Assembly (NCBI GenBank): GCA_964342305.1
Contig: CAYFGK010000006.1
Location: forward strand, 4,918-68,917
Reading direction: 5' to 3'
DNA: 64,000 nt
From: an uncultured Saprospiraceae bacterium
GTDB taxonomy: Bacteria; Bacteroidota; Bacteroidia; Chitinophagales; Saprospiraceae
The position numbers and the translations under genes are program-made. Under the pieces are notes generated by a model. That model was not told where the DNA came from. It worked only from the letters and a program-made list of their open reading frames with translations, and ran no database searches. Below are positions 31,240 to 42,701 of this stretch, piece by piece; within the stretch, counting starts at the first letter, position 1, and each line of letters starts with the position of its first letter.

Positions 31240-31650
31240 TTAGTATACGTAGCACAGCAATTCACCACCGATGTGCTCCGAACGAGCCTGCTTGTCGGTC
31301 ATAAGTCCCCGTGACGTTGAAATGATGGCAACCCCCAGGCCATTGATGATTCGAGGGAGTTCATCAGCTTTAGCGTATTTACGCAGACCAGGACGGCTGA
31401 TACGGCCCAATTGACGAATAACCGGATTCTTGGTGCCGGGTTCGTATTTCAATGCGATCTTGATTACACCTTGTCCTCCTTTTCCCGCTTCGTCATCAAA
31501 TTTGTACTTCAGGATGAAGCCCTGGTCGTACAGAATTTCCGTAATCGACTTTTTCAGCTTGGAGGCAGGAATTTCGACAACGCGATGCCCTGCTTGCTGC
31601 GCGTTGCGTACACGCGTCAGGTAATCTGCTATAGGATCATTAACTGCCAT
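31240..31650 (-). CDS. rpsH: 30S ribosomal protein S8
   Basis: DPIADYLTRVRNA... 136 aa. Confidence 0.95.
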   Translation of the reverse strand: MAVNDPIADYLTRVRNAQQAGHRVVEIPASKLKKSITEILYDQGFILKYKFDDEAGKGGQGVIKIALKYEPGTKNPVIRQLGRISRPGLRKYAKADELPRIINGLGVAIISTSRGLMTDKQARSEHIGGELLCYVY

Positions 31651-31730
31651 TATACAATGGGTTGCGTCGGCCGGTTTTCCGGTAGTTTACTCGGTATCCG
31701 GAACCTGACCAACGGTTTATTAAAATATGC

Positions 31731-32000
31731 TTACCAACTTGCTTTGGTGACACCCGGAATCTTGCCCTCCAAGGCCATCTCGCGAAACTTCACCCGGCAA
31801 ATGCCGAACTGACGCATGTATCCTTTCGGACGTCCGGTCAGCTTACACCGATTGTGCAGGCGAATCGGATTGGAGTTACGGGGCAGTTTGTCGAGTTCGT
31901 CCCAGCGGCCTTCTTCTTTGAGCTGCTTACGCAGTTCGGCGTACTTTGCCACCATGCGTTCGCGTTTCTTTTCCCGAGCAATGACTGATTTCCTTGCCAT
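31731..32000 (-). CDS. rpsN: 30S ribosomal protein S14
   Basis: 89 aa; C-terminal ...[21 protein letters not shown]. Confidence 0.95.
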   Translation of the reverse strand: MARKSVIAREKKRERMVAKYAELRKQLKEEGRWDELDKLPRNSNPIRLHNRCKLTGRPKGYMRQFGICRVKFREMALEGKIPGVTKASW

Positions 32001-32008
32001 GGTATCTG

Positions 32009-32566
32009 TTATTTATTCTGATTTTTAAATGGTAGCCCCAATCCTTTCAGAAGGGCCAGTGCTTCGGCGTCCGTCTTGGCGGTCGTCACGAAGGTTACAT
32101 CCATACCGGTAATACGGCTTACCTTATCCAGATCGATCTCCGGAAAGATGATGTGTTCCGTAATACCCATGGAATAGTTACCGCGGCCATCGAAACTCTT
32201 ATCATTGATTCCCCGGAAGTCACGTACCCGTGGCAACGCCACTGAGATCAGGCGATCGAGGAAATCATACATGCGCTCGCGGCGCAGGGTTACACGGGTA
32301 CCGATAGTCATACCATCGCGCAACTTAAAGTTAGAGATCGATTTGCGGGCGCGGGTAGGAACGGCTTTTTGGCCGGCGACCATCGACATTTCGTTGATCG
32401 AAGTATCTACCAGTTTTTTATCCTGAGTGGCTTCGCCAATACCCTGGTTCAGGCTGATCTTCACCAGGCGGGGCACTTCCATAATAGAACCGTATTGGAA
32501 CTGCTCCATCAGAGCAGGGACCACTTCCTCCCGATATTTCTTTTGAAGTCTTGGTACGTAGCTCAT
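32009..32566 (-). CDS. rplE: 50S ribosomal protein L5
   Basis: 185 aa; operon order; start overlaps the rplX stop by 1 nt (TAATG). Confidence 0.95.
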   Translation of the reverse strand: MSYVPRLQKKYREEVVPALMEQFQYGSIMEVPRLVKISLNQGIGEATQDKKLVDTSINEMSMVAGQKAVPTRARKSISNFKLRDGMTIGTRVTLRRERMYDFLDRLISVALPRVRDFRGINDKSFDGRGNYSMGITEHIIFPEIDLDKVSRITGMDVTFVTTAKTDAEALALLKGLGLPFKNQNK

Positions 32567-32922
32567 TAGTTGATAATTTCTCCGGATTTTTTAGAATAGC
32601 GGACTACTTGCCCGTCTTCGTTCTTCTTACGGCCAACGCGCGTGGGCTCACCGGTTTTCGGATCGACCAACATCAGATTGGACAAGTGAATGGAAGCCGG
32701 TACCTCCTGGATACCACCCTGGCTGTCGGGTGTTGGCTTTTGGTGCTTTTTCACCATATTCACCTGATCAACGATGGCGCGGTTCTGATCGGGAAACACT
32801 TCCAGTACTTCCCGTGACTTATCCAGATCTTTATAGGCTCCGGAAATGACCACCACTTTATCCCCTTTCTTGATCTTCAGTTTCGGGGCGAAGCGCTTCT
32901 GATTATTAGATTTATTAGCCAT
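32566..32922 (-). CDS. rplX: 50S ribosomal protein L24
   Basis: 118 aa; [19 protein letters not shown] motif. Confidence 0.95.
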   Translation of the reverse strand: MANKSNNQKRFAPKLKIKKGDKVVVISGAYKDLDKSREVLEVFPDQNRAIVDQVNMVKKHQKPTPDSQGGIQEVPASIHLSNLMLVDPKTGEPTRVGRKKNEDGQVVRYSKKSGEIIN

Positions 32923-32976
32923 TGTTAGCTCATTAGTACAGCAACCGATTTCCGACCGGTGCTGTGTTATACAATG

Positions 32977-33345
32977 TTAGAGGACCTCTGGTGCCAGCGA
33001 TACAATACGCATGTAATCGCGCTCGCGCAATTCACGGGCAACTGGTCCAAAAATACGCGTACCACGAGGCTCATCGGCAGCGTTGAGCAGTACGCAGGCA
33101 TTATCGTCGAACCGGATGTAGGAACCATCACGGCGACGAATCTCTTTCTTGGTACGGACGATCACGGCCTTGGAAACAGAACCTTTCTTGACTCCGCCAC
33201 CCGGTGAAGAATCTTTCACCGACACGACAATGGTGTCACCGATGGAGGCGTAGCGACGCTTGGAACCTCCCAACACGCGAATACACAGTACTTCTTTCGC
33301 TCCACTGTTATCCGCTACTCGTAAACGGGACTCTTGTTGAATCAT
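32977..33345 (-). CDS. rplN: 50S ribosomal protein L14
   Basis: [27 protein letters not shown]... Confidence 0.95.
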   Translation of the reverse strand: MIQQESRLRVADNSGAKEVLCIRVLGGSKRRYASIGDTIVVSVKDSSPGGGVKKGSVSKAVIVRTKKEIRRRDGSYIRFDDNACVLLNAADEPRGTRIFGPVARELRERDYMRIVSLAPEVL

Positions 33346-33417
33346 GACGCCTAATATTTTTTAGAGGATTATACCACATCCCCTCACCGGGGCCGGGCAA
33401 ATCGTAAAGTCAGCAAA

Positions 33418-33675
33418 TTATTTAGCTCGTTCGAGGATCTCGACCAAACGCCAGCGCTTGCGCTTACTCAACGGACGTGTCTCCATGATCCGGACAGTAT
33501 CCCCTTCGTTGCAGGAGTTCTGCTCGTCGTGCGCTACGAGTTTAGTGGTCTTCTTCACGTATTTTCCATAAATAGGGTGACGCAGGCGACGTTCAACAAG
33601 TACCGTGATGGTCTTGTCCATTTTATTGCTGGCTACAACCCCAGTTCTGGATTTCCTTAGATTTCTTTCTACCAT
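33418..33675 (-). CDS. rpsQ: 30S ribosomal protein S17
   Basis: 85 aa; [26 protein letters not shown]. Confidence 0.95.
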   Translation of the reverse strand: MVERNLRKSRTGVVASNKMDKTITVLVERRLRHPIYGKYVKKTTKLVAHDEQNSCNEGDTVRIMETRPLSKRKRWRLVEILERAK

Positions 33676-33750
33676 GGTTATTGATTTGCAAGCCGCAACG
33701 GTTCTGGACTACCTACCTGGGCACCCAGCCTGTTGCGCGTGTTGCGAAAC

Positions 33751-34014
33751 TTATTTTTTACGACGTCTTCTCGAACGCAGTTTCTTGCGATTAGCAATAG
33801 TTTCCGCATCGGCCTGATCGAGCTCGCGGCGACGAATCTCCGTTTTCAAACGAGCCAGGTCGCGACGTACTTCACGCAAAACAAGCGGGTTCTCAAGCCC
33901 CTTAATGGCGTGGTCAAACTTCAGCTTTTTAAATTGTGCTTCCGTCTGATCCAACTCGCTCTGCAGATCGGCATCCGAATACTCCTGTAGTTCCAGGTAT
34001 TTCTTTGTTGCCAT
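33751..34014 (-). CDS. rpmC: 50S ribosomal protein L29 with basic C-terminal extension
   Basis: start placed at MATKKYLELQEYSDADL (ATG 34012-34014); L29 core then ...RKKLRSRRRRKK tail. Confidence 0.85.
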   Translation of the reverse strand: MATKKYLELQEYSDADLQSELDQTEAQFKKLKFDHAIKGLENPLVLREVRRDLARLKTEIRRRELDQADAETIANRKKLRSRRRRKK

Positions 34015-34108
34015 GATGTTGGACAATTAATGGATCTAAAAATATATTCTACCGGAAGCAGATTGGGGCCCGCGAACAGACCTAATATCTCGCTTCCTCA
34101 ACGTATGC

Positions 34109-34528
34109 TTATCCAGCGTAATCAGGACGTACCACAAACTTGCAACGGACCGGAAGCTTCTGAGCTGCCAGGCGCAATGCCTCCTGAGCTACTTCCTCCG
34201 ATACACCGTCAATCTCAAACAATACGCGGCCGGGTTTGACCTCAGCTACGTAATGGTCGAGAGCACCTTTACCTTTACCCATCCGTACCTCCTGCGGCTT
34301 GGCCGTAATCGGTTTGTCCGGGAAAATGCGGATCCAGGTCTTCCCCTCACGTTTCATGAAACGCGTCATTGCAATACGAGCAGCTTCGATCTGGCGGTTG
34401 GTAATCCGGCCGCCATCCATTGTCTTCAGCGCAAAATCTCCGAAAGAAATCTTGCTGCCTCGGTGCGCCAGGCCTTTGTTTCTGCCCTTCTGCTGCTTGC
34501 GGTATTTTGTTCTTTTTGGTTGTAACAT
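34109..34528 (-). CDS. rplP: 50S ribosomal protein L16
   Basis: [16 protein letters not shown]... Confidence 0.95.
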   Translation of the reverse strand: MLQPKRTKYRKQQKGRNKGLAHRGSKISFGDFALKTMDGGRITNRQIEAARIAMTRFMKREGKTWIRIFPDKPITAKPQEVRMGKGKGALDHYVAEVKPGRVLFEIDGVSEEVAQEALRLAAQKLPVRCKFVVRPDYAG

Positions 34529-34626
34529 TACTCTCGTATTTGAAAGCCTTTCAAATAATTAAGGGGCCGGGACCCTTTCCTCTCTGAAAAAAGCCCGGCA
34601 AAGGTACGGCATTTATCCGACAAATT

Positions 34627-35349
34627 CTAGCGGCGGCGTTGGTTTCTTCCTCCGCCACGTCGGCCACCTCCGCGGCCTCCTTTGTCTTTGGGCTTCATGC
34701 CCGCATGGGGAGACAAATCGCGCTTACCCAATACTTCACCTTTGCAGATCCATACTTTTACCCCAATGATACCGTAAATGGTCTGTGCTTCGTACAGCGC
34801 ATAGTCGATATCCGCCCGGAACGTGTGCAATGGCACGCGGCCTTGCTTGAACTCCTCCGTACGAGCCATATCGGCACCGTTCAAACGACCGGCAATACGG
34901 ATCTTGATACCCTCGGCACCAGCACGCATCGTCGATTGAATAGCCATCTTGGTAGCGCGACGGAAATTGATCCGTGCTTCCAATTGCTTCCCGACAGACT
35001 CGGCTACGATGTTGGCATCCAATTCAGGCTTGCGGATCTCCATGATGTTGATCTGGACGTCCTTACCCGTCAGTTTTTTCAACTCTTCCCGGATGCGGTC
35101 CACTTCCGAACCACCTTTACCGATGATGATACCCGGACGAGATGTATGAATAGTTACGGTAATGCGCTTCAGCGTACGTTCGATGATGATGCGGGCAATA
35201 CCACCCTTAGCAACCCGCGCTTTCAAGTACTTGCGGATCTTTTCATCTTCGACCACTTTATCACCGAAGTCCTTTCCTCCAAACCAGTTGGATTCCCAGC
35301 CACGGATGATCCCTAAGCGATTGCCGATTGGATTTGTCTTCTGACCCAT
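34627..35349 (-). CDS. rpsC: 30S ribosomal protein S3
   Basis: [20 protein letters not shown]... 240 aa with RGG-rich tail. Confidence 0.95.
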   Translation of the reverse strand: MGQKTNPIGNRLGIIRGWESNWFGGKDFGDKVVEDEKIRKYLKARVAKGGIARIIIERTLKRITVTIHTSRPGIIIGKGGSEVDRIREELKKLTGKDVQINIMEIRKPELDANIVAESVGKQLEARINFRRATKMAIQSTMRAGAEGIKIRIAGRLNGADMARTEEFKQGRVPLHTFRADIDYALYEAQTIYGIIGVKVWICKGEVLGKRDLSPHAGMKPKDKGGRGGGRRGGGRNQRRR

Positions 35350-35377
35350 GTTATGTGGTATGAATATTTAATTAATC

Positions 35378-35794
35378 TTATTCGTCTTCTTCGGTTGTAA
35401 CTTCTTCAACCTCAGCTATATCGTCGGCCGTTTCATCCTGTTCAACCGGAATGCGGTTCTCTACGATCAAGGTCACGTGGTTAGTGCGCTTGCGAATCCG
35501 GTGTGCCCGTCCGTGCGGTGCCGGGCGGAAACGCTTCAGCATAGAACCTTCATCACAGAAGGCGGTCTTTACGTACAAATCGTAGTCTTCCGCATTTTCC
35601 AGTCCACCCAATTTGTGCTCCCAGTTGGCAATTGCCGACATCAGCAATTTCTCCAGCCAGCCAGCTGCTTCTTTCTTGGTGAACCGCAGGATGGAAAGGG
35701 CCTCGTCAATGTCCTTACCGCGGATATTGTCGACCACCAAACGCATTTTGCGGGCCGACATCGGAACGTTTTTGAGTTTTGCTACTGCTTCCAT
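35378..35794 (-). CDS. rplV: 50S ribosomal protein L22 with acidic C-terminal extension
   Basis: start placed at MEAVAKLKNVPMSARKMRLV (ATG 35792-35794); the ORF-track start adds 8 residues. Confidence 0.9.
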   Translation of the reverse strand: MEAVAKLKNVPMSARKMRLVVDNIRGKDIDEALSILRFTKKEAAGWLEKLLMSAIANWEHKLGGLENAEDYDLYVKTAFCDEGSMLKRFRPAPHGRAHRIRKRTNHVTLIVENRIPVEQDETADDIAEVEEVTTEEDE

Positions 35795-35844
35795 GTCCTT
35801 AGTTATAAGGCGTACCATCCGGTACGCCGGCTCAACAATTCGAT

Positions 35845-36108
35845 TTAACGGTTACCGGTATGGCCTTTAAAGCTGCGAGTTGGTGCAAATTCACCAAGCT
35901 TGTGCCCAACCATGTTTTCGGTAACAAATACCGGAACAAATGTCTTTCCGTTGTGAACCGCAATGGTTTCACCGACCATGTCCGGAATGATCATAGAAGA
36001 ACGCGACCAGGTCTTGATGACCGTCTTCTTCTTAGATTCTTTCGCCTTCTCTACTTTCGTGAGCAACTTATGGAAGACGTAAGGCCCTTTTTTAATTGAT
36101 CTTGCCAT
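35845..36108 (-). CDS. rpsS: 30S ribosomal protein S19
   Basis: [16 protein letters not shown]... 87 aa. Confidence 0.95.
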   Translation of the reverse strand: MARSIKKGPYVFHKLLTKVEKAKESKKKTVIKTWSRSSMIIPDMVGETIAVHNGKTFVPVFVTENMVGHKLGEFAPTRSFKGHTGNR

Positions 36109-36183
36109 GATTATTTGGATTTAAGGAGCGAGGCTACTGGTCAAATCAACGCAGGTTCCCCGTGCCTTTTCATCTGTTAATGA

Positions 36184-37014
36184 TTATTTGCGCTTCTTCT
36201 TACGACTGATGATCATCTTATCGCTAAACTTCTTGGGTTTACGCGTCTTCAGACCCTTAGCAGCCTGTCCGTTACGGCTACGGGGGTGCCCACCGGAGGC
36301 ACGACCTTCACCACCACCCATCGGGTGATCTACCGGGTTCATGGCTACACCTCGTACGCGAGGACGACGACCCAACCAACGCTTGCGACCGGCCTTACCA
36401 AGAACTACCAGACCGTGGTCGGCATTCGACGTCGTTCCGATCGTCGCTTTGCACGTTTGCAACACGCGGCGAACTTCACCAGAAGGCAATTTCACAATAG
36501 CGTATTTTCCTTCACGGCCCATCAGCACACCGTAAGTACCGGCGCTGCGTGCCAGAGAAGCTCCCTTTCCGGGACGCATTTCAATGGCGTGAACCGTAGA
36601 ACCAAGCGGAATCTCGCTCAGATACATAGCGTTACCAGTGACGGGAGCAACACCCTTGCCGGATTGGATCTCATCACCTACTTTCAGACCGTCGGGAGCG
36701 ATGATATATCGCTTCTCACCGTCGGTGTACTCTACCAGGGCGATGAACGCCGTGCGGTTCGGATCGTATTCGATCGTCTTAACCGTTGCGGCCATACCCT
36801 CTTTGTCGCGGCGGAAATCAATTACACGGTAGCGACGCTTATGGCCACCACCACGATTCCGCATGGTCATTTTACCGGTACGGCTACGGCCACCTGTTCT
36901 CTTCTGAGGGGCCAACAAGCTTTTTTCCGGCTTATCCGTAGTCACCTGAGTGAAGGTGTTACTCATTCGGGTCCGCAAACCCGGAGTTACTGGACTGTGC
37001 TTTCTAACTGGCAT
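36184..37014 (-). CDS. rplB: 50S ribosomal protein L2
   Basis: start placed at [14 protein letters not shown] (ATG 37012-37014); GRNNRG-type core and [14 protein letters not shown] motif. Confidence 0.95.
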   Translation of the reverse strand: MPVRKHSPVTPGLRTRMSNTFTQVTTDKPEKSLLAPQKRTGGRSRTGKMTMRNRGGGHKRRYRVIDFRRDKEGMAATVKTIEYDPNRTAFIALVEYTDGEKRYIIAPDGLKVGDEIQSGKGVAPVTGNAMYLSEIPLGSTVHAIEMRPGKGASLARSAGTYGVLMGREGKYAIVKLPSGEVRRVLQTCKATIGTTSNADHGLVVLGKAGRKRWLGRRPRVRGVAMNPVDHPMGGGEGRASGGHPRSRNGQAAKGLKTRKPKKFSDKMIISRKKKRK

Positions 37015-37106
37015 GGTATTGGTTTTGTGGTTCATCGCCGGCTGAGTAAAACCATGCGCTACTCCCGACCCGAACCTTGATAAAATGTGTTTCTAACGAT
37101 CGGTGC

Positions 37107-37406
37107 TTACAGGTCGCCGAAGAAGTCGATCTCTTCCCCTTCGTTGAGGGTAATGATCGCTTTCTTAAATGCTGATTTGCGGCCCTGCAAAATACCCGAC
37201 TTGGTGGAACGGCTTACGAAACGCCCCGGCATAATCAGGGTGCGTACGTTCTCCACGGATACGCTGTACATATCCTCCACTGCGTTCTTAATCTCGATCT
37301 TGTTCGCACGCTTATCGACCACGAACGTGTACTTGTTCTGATCCTCCGAGAGGGTTTCCGACTTCTCCGTGATCAGCGGCTTGATCAGTATGTTCTTCTT
37401 TGCCAT
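37107..37406 (-). CDS. rplW: 50S ribosomal protein L23
   Basis: 99 aa; ILIKPLITEKS... Confidence 0.95.
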   Translation of the reverse strand: MAKKNILIKPLITEKSETLSEDQNKYTFVVDKRANKIEIKNAVEDMYSVSVENVRTLIMPGRFVSRSTKSGILQGRKSAFKKAIITLNEGEEIDFFGDL

Positions 37407-37453
37407 ATCACTTAGTTTATGATCCGGTGGCAGTCATGCCACTCTCAGGACCC

Positions 37454-38080
37454 TTAGGCCATGGATTCTTTAATTTTATCGATAGCGCCCTCCGACAGGA
37501 TCAGTGACCCTGCGTTCAGGATGTCGTAGGTGTTCAGATCCGATACGCGAACGACGTTTGATTTCTTCAGGTTCCGGCTCGACAGGTAGAGCGTCTTTTC
37601 GTGGTCAACCGTTACCAGGAGTGACTTGGTATCCTTCACCTTCAGGGCATCCAGAATATTGACGTACTCCTTGGTTTTGGGCGACTCAAACGAGAAATCT
37701 TCAACGACCACGATCTCACCGGCACTGGCTTTACCCGACAGGGCTGACAAGCGAGCCAGGCGCTTCACTTTCTTGTTCAGGCGCAGGCCGTAGTTGCGCG
37801 GACGAGGGCCGAAGATACGTCCACCACCGCGAAAGATGGGGTTTTTGATATCACCGGCACGGGCTGTACCCGTTCCCTTCTGGCGCTTGATCTTGCGGGT
37901 AGAGCCCGCAACTTCGTTCCGCTCTTTTGATTTATGCGTACCCTGGCGCTGGTTAGCCAGATATTGTTTTACCGCGAGATATACCGCGTGCTCGTTGGGC
38001 TCGATTCCAAAGATATCCTCCGGCAACTCCACGTCGCGTCCGGTAGGCTGACCCTGGATATTTACTACTTCGAGTTTCAT
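37454..38080 (-). CDS. rplD: 50S ribosomal protein L4
   Basis: 208 aa; operon order; KRQKGTGTARAG motif. Confidence 0.95.
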   Translation of the reverse strand: MKLEVVNIQGQPTGRDVELPEDIFGIEPNEHAVYLAVKQYLANQRQGTHKSKERNEVAGSTRKIKRQKGTGTARAGDIKNPIFRGGGRIFGPRPRNYGLRLNKKVKRLARLSALSGKASAGEIVVVEDFSFESPKTKEYVNILDALKVKDTKSLLVTVDHEKTLYLSSRNLKKSNVVRVSDLNTYDILNAGSLILSEGAIDKIKESMA

Positions 38081-38131
38081 TGCTTACTCTTTTAGTGAAA
38101 CTCCACCGCGGGGCAGAGATTCATGAATAGA

Positions 38132-38752
38132 TTACTTTTCCAAAATCACGAAAGATCCCTTGTGTCCCGGGATAGCACCTTTCACCAAAATCAGGTTCTT
38201 GTCCGGGAATACTTTCATTACGCGCAGGTTTTGGACCTTCACGCGACGGCCACCATCCTGGCCGGCCATGCGCATTCCCTTGAATACACGAGCCGGGTAA
38301 GAGGCGGCACCGATAGAACCCGGAGCACGCTGGCGGTTGTGCTGACCGTGGGTAGCGTCGTTCACACCGCGGAACCCGTGGCGCTTGACAACCCCCTGAA
38401 AGCCTTTCCCTTTGGAAGTACCAACAGCACTGACCATATCGCCCTCATTAAAGACTTCGTCTACTTTAATCAGGTCGCCGATCACTTTTTCGATATCGAA
38501 ATCGCGAAACTCAATAACTTTCCGCTTCGGACTTGTACTTGCTTTTTCGAAATGCCCTTGCAAGGCCTGGGAGGTATTCTTTTCTTTTGCCTCACCATAA
38601 CCAATCTGAAGTGCGTTGTAACCGTCTGTTTCTTCGGTCTTCACCTGCGTTACAACACAGGGTCCGGCCTCGACTACGGTACAAGCAATATTACGGCCAG
38701 CCTCGTCGAAGATGCTGGTCATACCGATCTTTTTACCTAATAGTCCGTTCAT
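38132..38752 (-). CDS. rplC: 50S ribosomal protein L3
   Basis: [17 protein letters not shown]... 206 aa. Confidence 0.95.
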   Translation of the reverse strand: MNGLLGKKIGMTSIFDEAGRNIACTVVEAGPCVVTQVKTEETDGYNALQIGYGEAKEKNTSQALQGHFEKASTSPKRKVIEFRDFDIEKVIGDLIKVDEVFNEGDMVSAVGTSKGKGFQGVVKRHGFRGVNDATHGQHNRQRAPGSIGAASYPARVFKGMRMAGQDGGRRVKVQNLRVMKVFPDKNLILVKGAIPGHKGSFVILEK

Positions 38753-38969
38753 CAGATTTTACATTTAATGGTTAACGTCCCCGATAAACGAAAAGCCCTT
38801 GAAAGTGTCCACTCCTGGCACCCATTCGTGGGTTGGCGGGGGTGGTCACTTCACCACATCACAGGATGTGGTGGGCTTCCGATTAACCTAAGGAGACTTA
38901 GGTTTGTTCTGAGCCGGCGCTTTCGCTAAAAAGCGCAGCAGAAGAACGATGTTACTTGAATCTGGTTGC

Positions 38970-39278
38970 TTACGTCAACTTAACTTGGATATCTACCCCA
39001 CTCGGCAATTCCAGCTTAGACAATGCATCGACTGTCTTTTGGGTGGGCGTGTAGATTTCAATAAGGCGCTTGTGGGTGCGCAACTGGAACTGCTCACGAG
39101 CTTTCTTGTTAACGTGCGGAGAACGGAGCACGGTAAAGATTTTCTTCTCGGTGGGCAGCGGAATCGGACCAGTGACAACAGCTCCACTATTCCTTACTGT
39201 TTTCACAATTTTCTCCGTTGACTTATCGACCAGATTGTGGTCGTACGAACGAAGCTTGATTCTAATCTTCTGATTCAT
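38970..39278 (-). CDS. rpsJ: 30S ribosomal protein S10
   Basis: [18 protein letters not shown]... 102 aa. Confidence 0.95.
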   Translation of the reverse strand: MNQKIRIKLRSYDHNLVDKSTEKIVKTVRNSGAVVTGPIPLPTEKKIFTVLRSPHVNKKAREQFQLRTHKRLIEIYTPTQKTVDALSKLELPSGVDIQVKLT

Positions 39279-39348
39279 GCCTTAGTATCTACGATTTTCA
39301 AAGTTAAAAGAGTGGCCTGCTTCGTTCAGCAGACCACATATCTCATTG

Positions 39349-41487
39349 CTAGGCTTTTACTTCGCCTTTAGCTTTTTCCATTACCTCCTTGGCAATGCCC
39401 TCCGGAGCAACCGCATAGTGGCTGAACTCCATAGTAGAGGTGGCACGTCCAGAAGTGATCGTACGCAGTTGGGTAACGTAACCGAACATTTCCGCCAGGG
39501 GAACTTCAGCCGTGATGGACACCGCACCACCGGGGCGGGGCGTCTGGCCTTTCGGCAAACCACGACGACGGTTCAAGTCACCAACCACCGAACCAACAAA
39601 TTCTTCCGGAGTAGTTACCTCCAGCTTCATGATCGGTTCCATGATCTTCGGATTCGTTTTTGCTGCAGCAGCCTTGAACCCTTCCTTGGCACACAATTCA
39701 AAGGCAATCGGCTTCGAGTCAACGGCGTGCATTGAGCCGTCGAATACCCGTACCTTCATGCTCTCGATGTTGTAGCCCGCCAGGATACCGTTAGCCATAC
39801 AGGAAACGAAACCGTCCTTGATTGGCTTCTGGTAGTTCTTGTCGATGGATCCACCAACGATGCCCCATTCGAACTGCAGCTTCTCCTTACCATTCTTAAA
39901 CTCTTCGCTCTCCAGGAACTCCTCATCGGCTGGTCCGAGTTCGAATTCCATATCGGCGAACAGACCAGAACCACCTGATTGCTTCTTGAGGCGCTCGCGG
40001 TGCGTTACAGAATTGGTCAGTGCTTCTTTGTAGTTCACCTGAGGTTCACCCTGGTTACACTCTACTTTGAACTCGCGACGCAGACGGTCGACGATGATCT
40101 CCAGGTGCAACTCACCCATACCACGAATGATGGTCTGGTTGGTATCCTCATCGTATCGTACCTGGAAAGTGGGATCTTCCTCGGCCAGTTTGGCAAGGCC
40201 CATACCCAGCTTATCCATATCTTTTTGTGACTTAGGCTCTACGGCCACACCGATCACCGGATCGGGGAAGGTCATAGATTCCAGCGCGATTGGGTGCTTC
40301 TCGTCGCAAATGGTATCACCCGTACGCAGGTCTTTGAAACCTACACCCGCAGCAATATCACCTGCTTCGACAAATTCAATAGCGTTCTGCTTATTGGAGT
40401 GCATCTGGTACAAACGAGAGATACGCTCTTTCTTATCAGTACGCGTATTCAGCACGTAAGAACCGGCATCCAAACGACCAGAATATGCGCGGAAGAACGC
40501 CAGTCGACCTACGAATGGGTCGGTAGCGATCTTGAACGCCAGGGCAGCAAATGGCTCATCTACTGACGGGCGACGCTTTTCAGCTTCTTCCGTGTGCGGA
40601 TTGATACCCTCGATGGCTTCTACGTCAACTGGTGAGGGAAGGAAGGCACATACAGCATCCAGTACAGCCTGAACTCCTTTGTTTTTAAAGGCAGAACCGC
40701 AATAGATAGGCATAATGCTCATATCGCAAACCGCAGCGCGGATAGCCGCACGGATTTCTTCAACGGAGATCGAGTCGGGATCTTCAAAGAATTTCTCCAA
40801 CAGGGTCTCATCGTATTCAGCAACGGATTCGAGAAGAGCTTCACGACGCTCATTTACTGTTTCCAGCAAATCTTCGGGAATATCAACGATCTCATAGGTC
40901 ATACCCATGTCGTCCTCATTCCAGATACGAGCTTCGTTGGTGATCAGGTCGACCACTCCTTCGAAGGTTTCTTCCGAACCGATGGGCACCTGCATGGCAA
41001 TAGCGTTGGCACCCAGCTTCTCTTTGATATCTTCGATAACAGCGAAGTAGTTAGCACCGGATCGGTCCATCTTATTGACAAAACCGATACGTGGAACTTT
41101 GTAGCGATCCATCTGACGGAAAACCGTTTCAGACTGGGGCTCTACTCCACTTACCGCGCAGTACAAGGCAACTACACCGTCCAGGATGCGCAAGGAGCGC
41201 TCTACCTCTACGGTAAAGTCCACGTGACCCGGAGTGTCGATGATGTTGATGGTATATTCATCATCTTTCCATGGCCAGCTGGTTTTGGTGGCAGCAGAGG
41301 TAATGGTGATACCACGCTCCTGCTCTTGTTCCATCCAGTCCATAGTGGCCGCACCGTCGTGCACCTCACCGATCTTGTGACTGATACCGGTGTAGTACAG
41401 AACGCGCTCTGTGGTCGTTGTTTTACCGGCATCGATGTGGGCAGCAATACCGATATTTCGTGTGAATTTGAGATCTTTCTGTGCCAT
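39349..41487 (-). CDS. fusA: elongation factor G
   Basis: 712 aa; GTPase motifs [21 protein letters not shown]. Confidence 0.95.
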   Translation of the reverse strand: MAQKDLKFTRNIGIAAHIDAGKTTTTERVLYYTGISHKIGEVHDGAATMDWMEQEQERGITITSAATKTSWPWKDDEYTINIIDTPGHVDFTVEVERSLRILDGVVALYCAVSGVEPQSETVFRQMDRYKVPRIGFVNKMDRSGANYFAVIEDIKEKLGANAIAMQVPIGSEETFEGVVDLITNEARIWNEDDMGMTYEIVDIPEDLLETVNERREALLESVAEYDETLLEKFFEDPDSISVEEIRAAIRAAVCDMSIMPIYCGSAFKNKGVQAVLDAVCAFLPSPVDVEAIEGINPHTEEAEKRRPSVDEPFAALAFKIATDPFVGRLAFFRAYSGRLDAGSYVLNTRTDKKERISRLYQMHSNKQNAIEFVEAGDIAAGVGFKDLRTGDTICDEKHPIALESMTFPDPVIGVAVEPKSQKDMDKLGMGLAKLAEEDPTFQVRYDEDTNQTIIRGMGELHLEIIVDRLRREFKVECNQGEPQVNYKEALTNSVTHRERLKKQSGGSGLFADMEFELGPADEEFLESEEFKNGKEKLQFEWGIVGGSIDKNYQKPIKDGFVSCMANGILAGYNIESMKVRVFDGSMHAVDSKPIAFELCAKEGFKAAAAKTNPKIMEPIMKLEVTTPEEFVGSVVGDLNRRRGLPKGQTPRPGGAVSITAEVPLAEMFGYVTQLRTITSGRATSTMEFSHYAVAPEGIAKEVMEKAKGEVKA

Positions 41488-41528
41488 GACTACGCCTCGA
41501 AAGAGAGTTTTATGTTTGAAATAAATTA

Positions 41529-41996
41529 TTACACGCGGAAGTGCGCGAAGGCCCGGTTAGATTCGGCCATACGGTGCGTATCTTCTTTACGCTTAACCGC
41601 ACCACCTTCACCTTTACTGGCGGCCATCAACTCAGCAGCCAACTTCTCGGCCATGCCTTTTCCACTGCGCTGACGGGCAAATTTGATCAGCCATTTCATA
41701 CCGATCGACATTTTCCGCTTGGCGCGAATTTCCGTAGGAATCTGAAAGGTTGCACCTCCAATACGACGGCTGCGTACCTCAACCTGGGGCATGGCGTTGT
41801 TCAACGCTTTTTTCCAGATCTGGTGCTCATCTTGTTGTGTGCGCTCCTTAATAAGATCCATCGCCTCGTAGAAGATGGAGAATGCAGTTGATTTCTTTCC
41901 CTGCAACATCATATTATTGACGAACTGGGTCACAATCGGATCACCGTACCGGGGGTCGGGATCAATAATTCTTAGTTTTGGTTTTCTTTTACGCAT
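41529..41996 (-). CDS. rpsG: 30S ribosomal protein S7
   Basis: 155 aa; operon order between rpsL and fusA. Confidence 0.95.
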   Translation of the reverse strand: MRKRKPKLRIIDPDPRYGDPIVTQFVNNMMLQGKKSTAFSIFYEAMDLIKERTQQDEHQIWKKALNNAMPQVEVRSRRIGGATFQIPTEIRAKRKMSIGMKWLIKFARQRSGKGMAEKLAAELMAASKGEGGAVKRKEDTHRMAESNRAFAHFRV

Positions 41997-42029
41997 GAAT
42001 CAGCGGTTTCTTGAATGATTGAAACATAA

Positions 42030-42404
42030 TTACTTCTTAGGTCGCTTCGTACCGTACTTGGAACGGCTTTGCAGGCGATCGGTAACACCGGCAGTGTCCA
42101 GTGCTCCGCGAACTACCGTGTAACGTACACCCGGTAGATCTTTTACACGACCACCTCGTACAAGTACGATGGAGTGTTCCTGCAAATTGTGACCCTCGCC
42201 CGGGATATAGGCAATAACCTCGATACCGTTCGTCAGACGTACCTTGGCAACCTTACGCAAAGCAGAGTTCGGCTTCTTGGGTGTGGTCGTATATACACGA
42301 GTGCACACACCACGACGCTGAGGAGATGACTCCAGTGCACGAGATTTGCTCTTCTGCACGATTTTCTTTCTGCCCTTGCGTACCAACTGGTTGATTGTAG
42401 GCAT
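42030..42404 (-). CDS. rpsL: 30S ribosomal protein S12
   Basis: [14 protein letters not shown]...[11 protein letters not shown]... Confidence 0.95.
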   Translation of the reverse strand: MPTINQLVRKGRKKIVQKSKSRALESSPQRRGVCTRVYTTTPKKPNSALRKVAKVRLTNGIEVIAYIPGEGHNLQEHSIVLVRGGRVKDLPGVRYTVVRGALDTAGVTDRLQSRSKYGTKRPKK

Positions 42405-42499
42405 ATTCTAAATACTGTTTATAAAACTTAACCTTTCAGATACATTCGCTTAATAAACATCCAAGTGTCACATGGACACAGCTTGCTCAAAAGCGATTG

Positions 42500-42507
42500 C
42501 AAAGGTA
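42500..42507 (-). promoter_or_regulatory. candidate -7 promoter box (TACCTTTG) for the rpsL superoperon
   Basis: reverse complement of caaaggta fits TAnnTTTG; 95 nt upstream of the rpsL ATG. Confidence 0.3.
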
Positions 42508-42701
42508 AAGCTTTAATTCTGAAAATACAAGGTAGATCTTGAAATTGTTGGACAGCCCGCTCCCTGCGCCGGCCATATAGTACCGGGCTTCAAATGCAGG
42601 ACGTATTTCCTTCTCATAAATGAGCAAACGGCAACAGTTTGTACCGGTCTCCCCTTAATTGAAAGATTGTATTTGGTAGCGGGTATTTTGTGGTAGGAAT
42701 C

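Noticed and set aside
23468-37080. Long plus-strand ORFs inside the ribosomal superoperon (e.g. 23468-24229, 26795-27577, 27544-28272, 34639-35316, 36286-37080)
   Set aside because: All are antisense to unambiguous ribosomal, SecY, Map or RpoA genes and have no recognisable motifs. They are typical shadow ORFs.
27326-42404. Absence of tuf after fusA and of adk between secY and map as possible deletions
   Set aside because: From memory this layout (tuf elsewhere, secY followed directly by map-infA-rpmJ) is normal for Bacteroidota. It is not evidence of rearrangement.
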